DNA of 64,000 nucleotides from Mobula hypostoma (taxonomy: Eukaryota). Below, in pieces: positions 63,844 to 64,000 of this stretch. How positions within the stretch are numbered: position 1 is the first letter of the stretch; the number at the start of each line of letters is the position of its first letter. Under the pieces are notes generated by a model. It did not search any database, was not told the DNA's origin, and saw only the letters and a list, made by a program, of their open reading frames with translations. The stretch lies in the NCBI RefSeq assembly GCF_963921235.1, contig NC_086107.1, forward strand, positions 108,192,001 through 108,256,000, written 5' to 3'. The position numbers and the translations under genes are program-made.

Positions 63844-64000
63844 CTGGAAGAGATGAAGAGAAAGGACCGGATTAGACAGCTTGTCTCAGTCAGTAAGCTT
63901 CAGTTGCCCTGGGGAGTTGTGGGTGAGGGTGACAGGATTTTTCCTGGATTTTTGACTGTTGTCTGGAGTCAAGTTGTGTCCTGTTTACTGCCTTGAATGG

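Overview
Eukaryotic (vertebrate) genomic DNA. The repeat content (HE1/V-SINE-like, Deu-SINE-like, CR1, Rex, Penelope) suggests a cartilaginous fish; that is an inference. The window lies entirely inside one minus-strand gene, a T-type voltage-gated calcium channel alpha-1 subunit most similar to CACNA1I (Cav3.3). I traced 12 consecutive GT-AG coding exons (1920 nt, 640 codons, phases consistent) from domain II S2 through the II-III linker to domain III S5. The introns are filled with transposon fragments: CR1, Rex/Babar, RTE, a HERO-like RLE LINE, Penelope-like elements (PLEs) with GIY-YIG endonuclease, Tc1-derived and hAT-type MITEs, a Chapaev3-like fossil, tRNA SINEs and minisatellites. The most notable non-obvious signals are: (1) many minimal type I hammerhead ribozyme motifs carried by PLE terminal repeats, two with intact-looking cores; (2) an ~810-bp intronic palindrome whose axis sits at head-to-head hammerhead cores; (3) a textbook juxtaposed 3'SS/5'SS (recursive-splice-like) motif; (4) a Trp-to-Cys change in IIS3. 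Family names for repeats come from recalled motifs, not database searches. TE boundaries are approximate unless a TSD or TIR is given.
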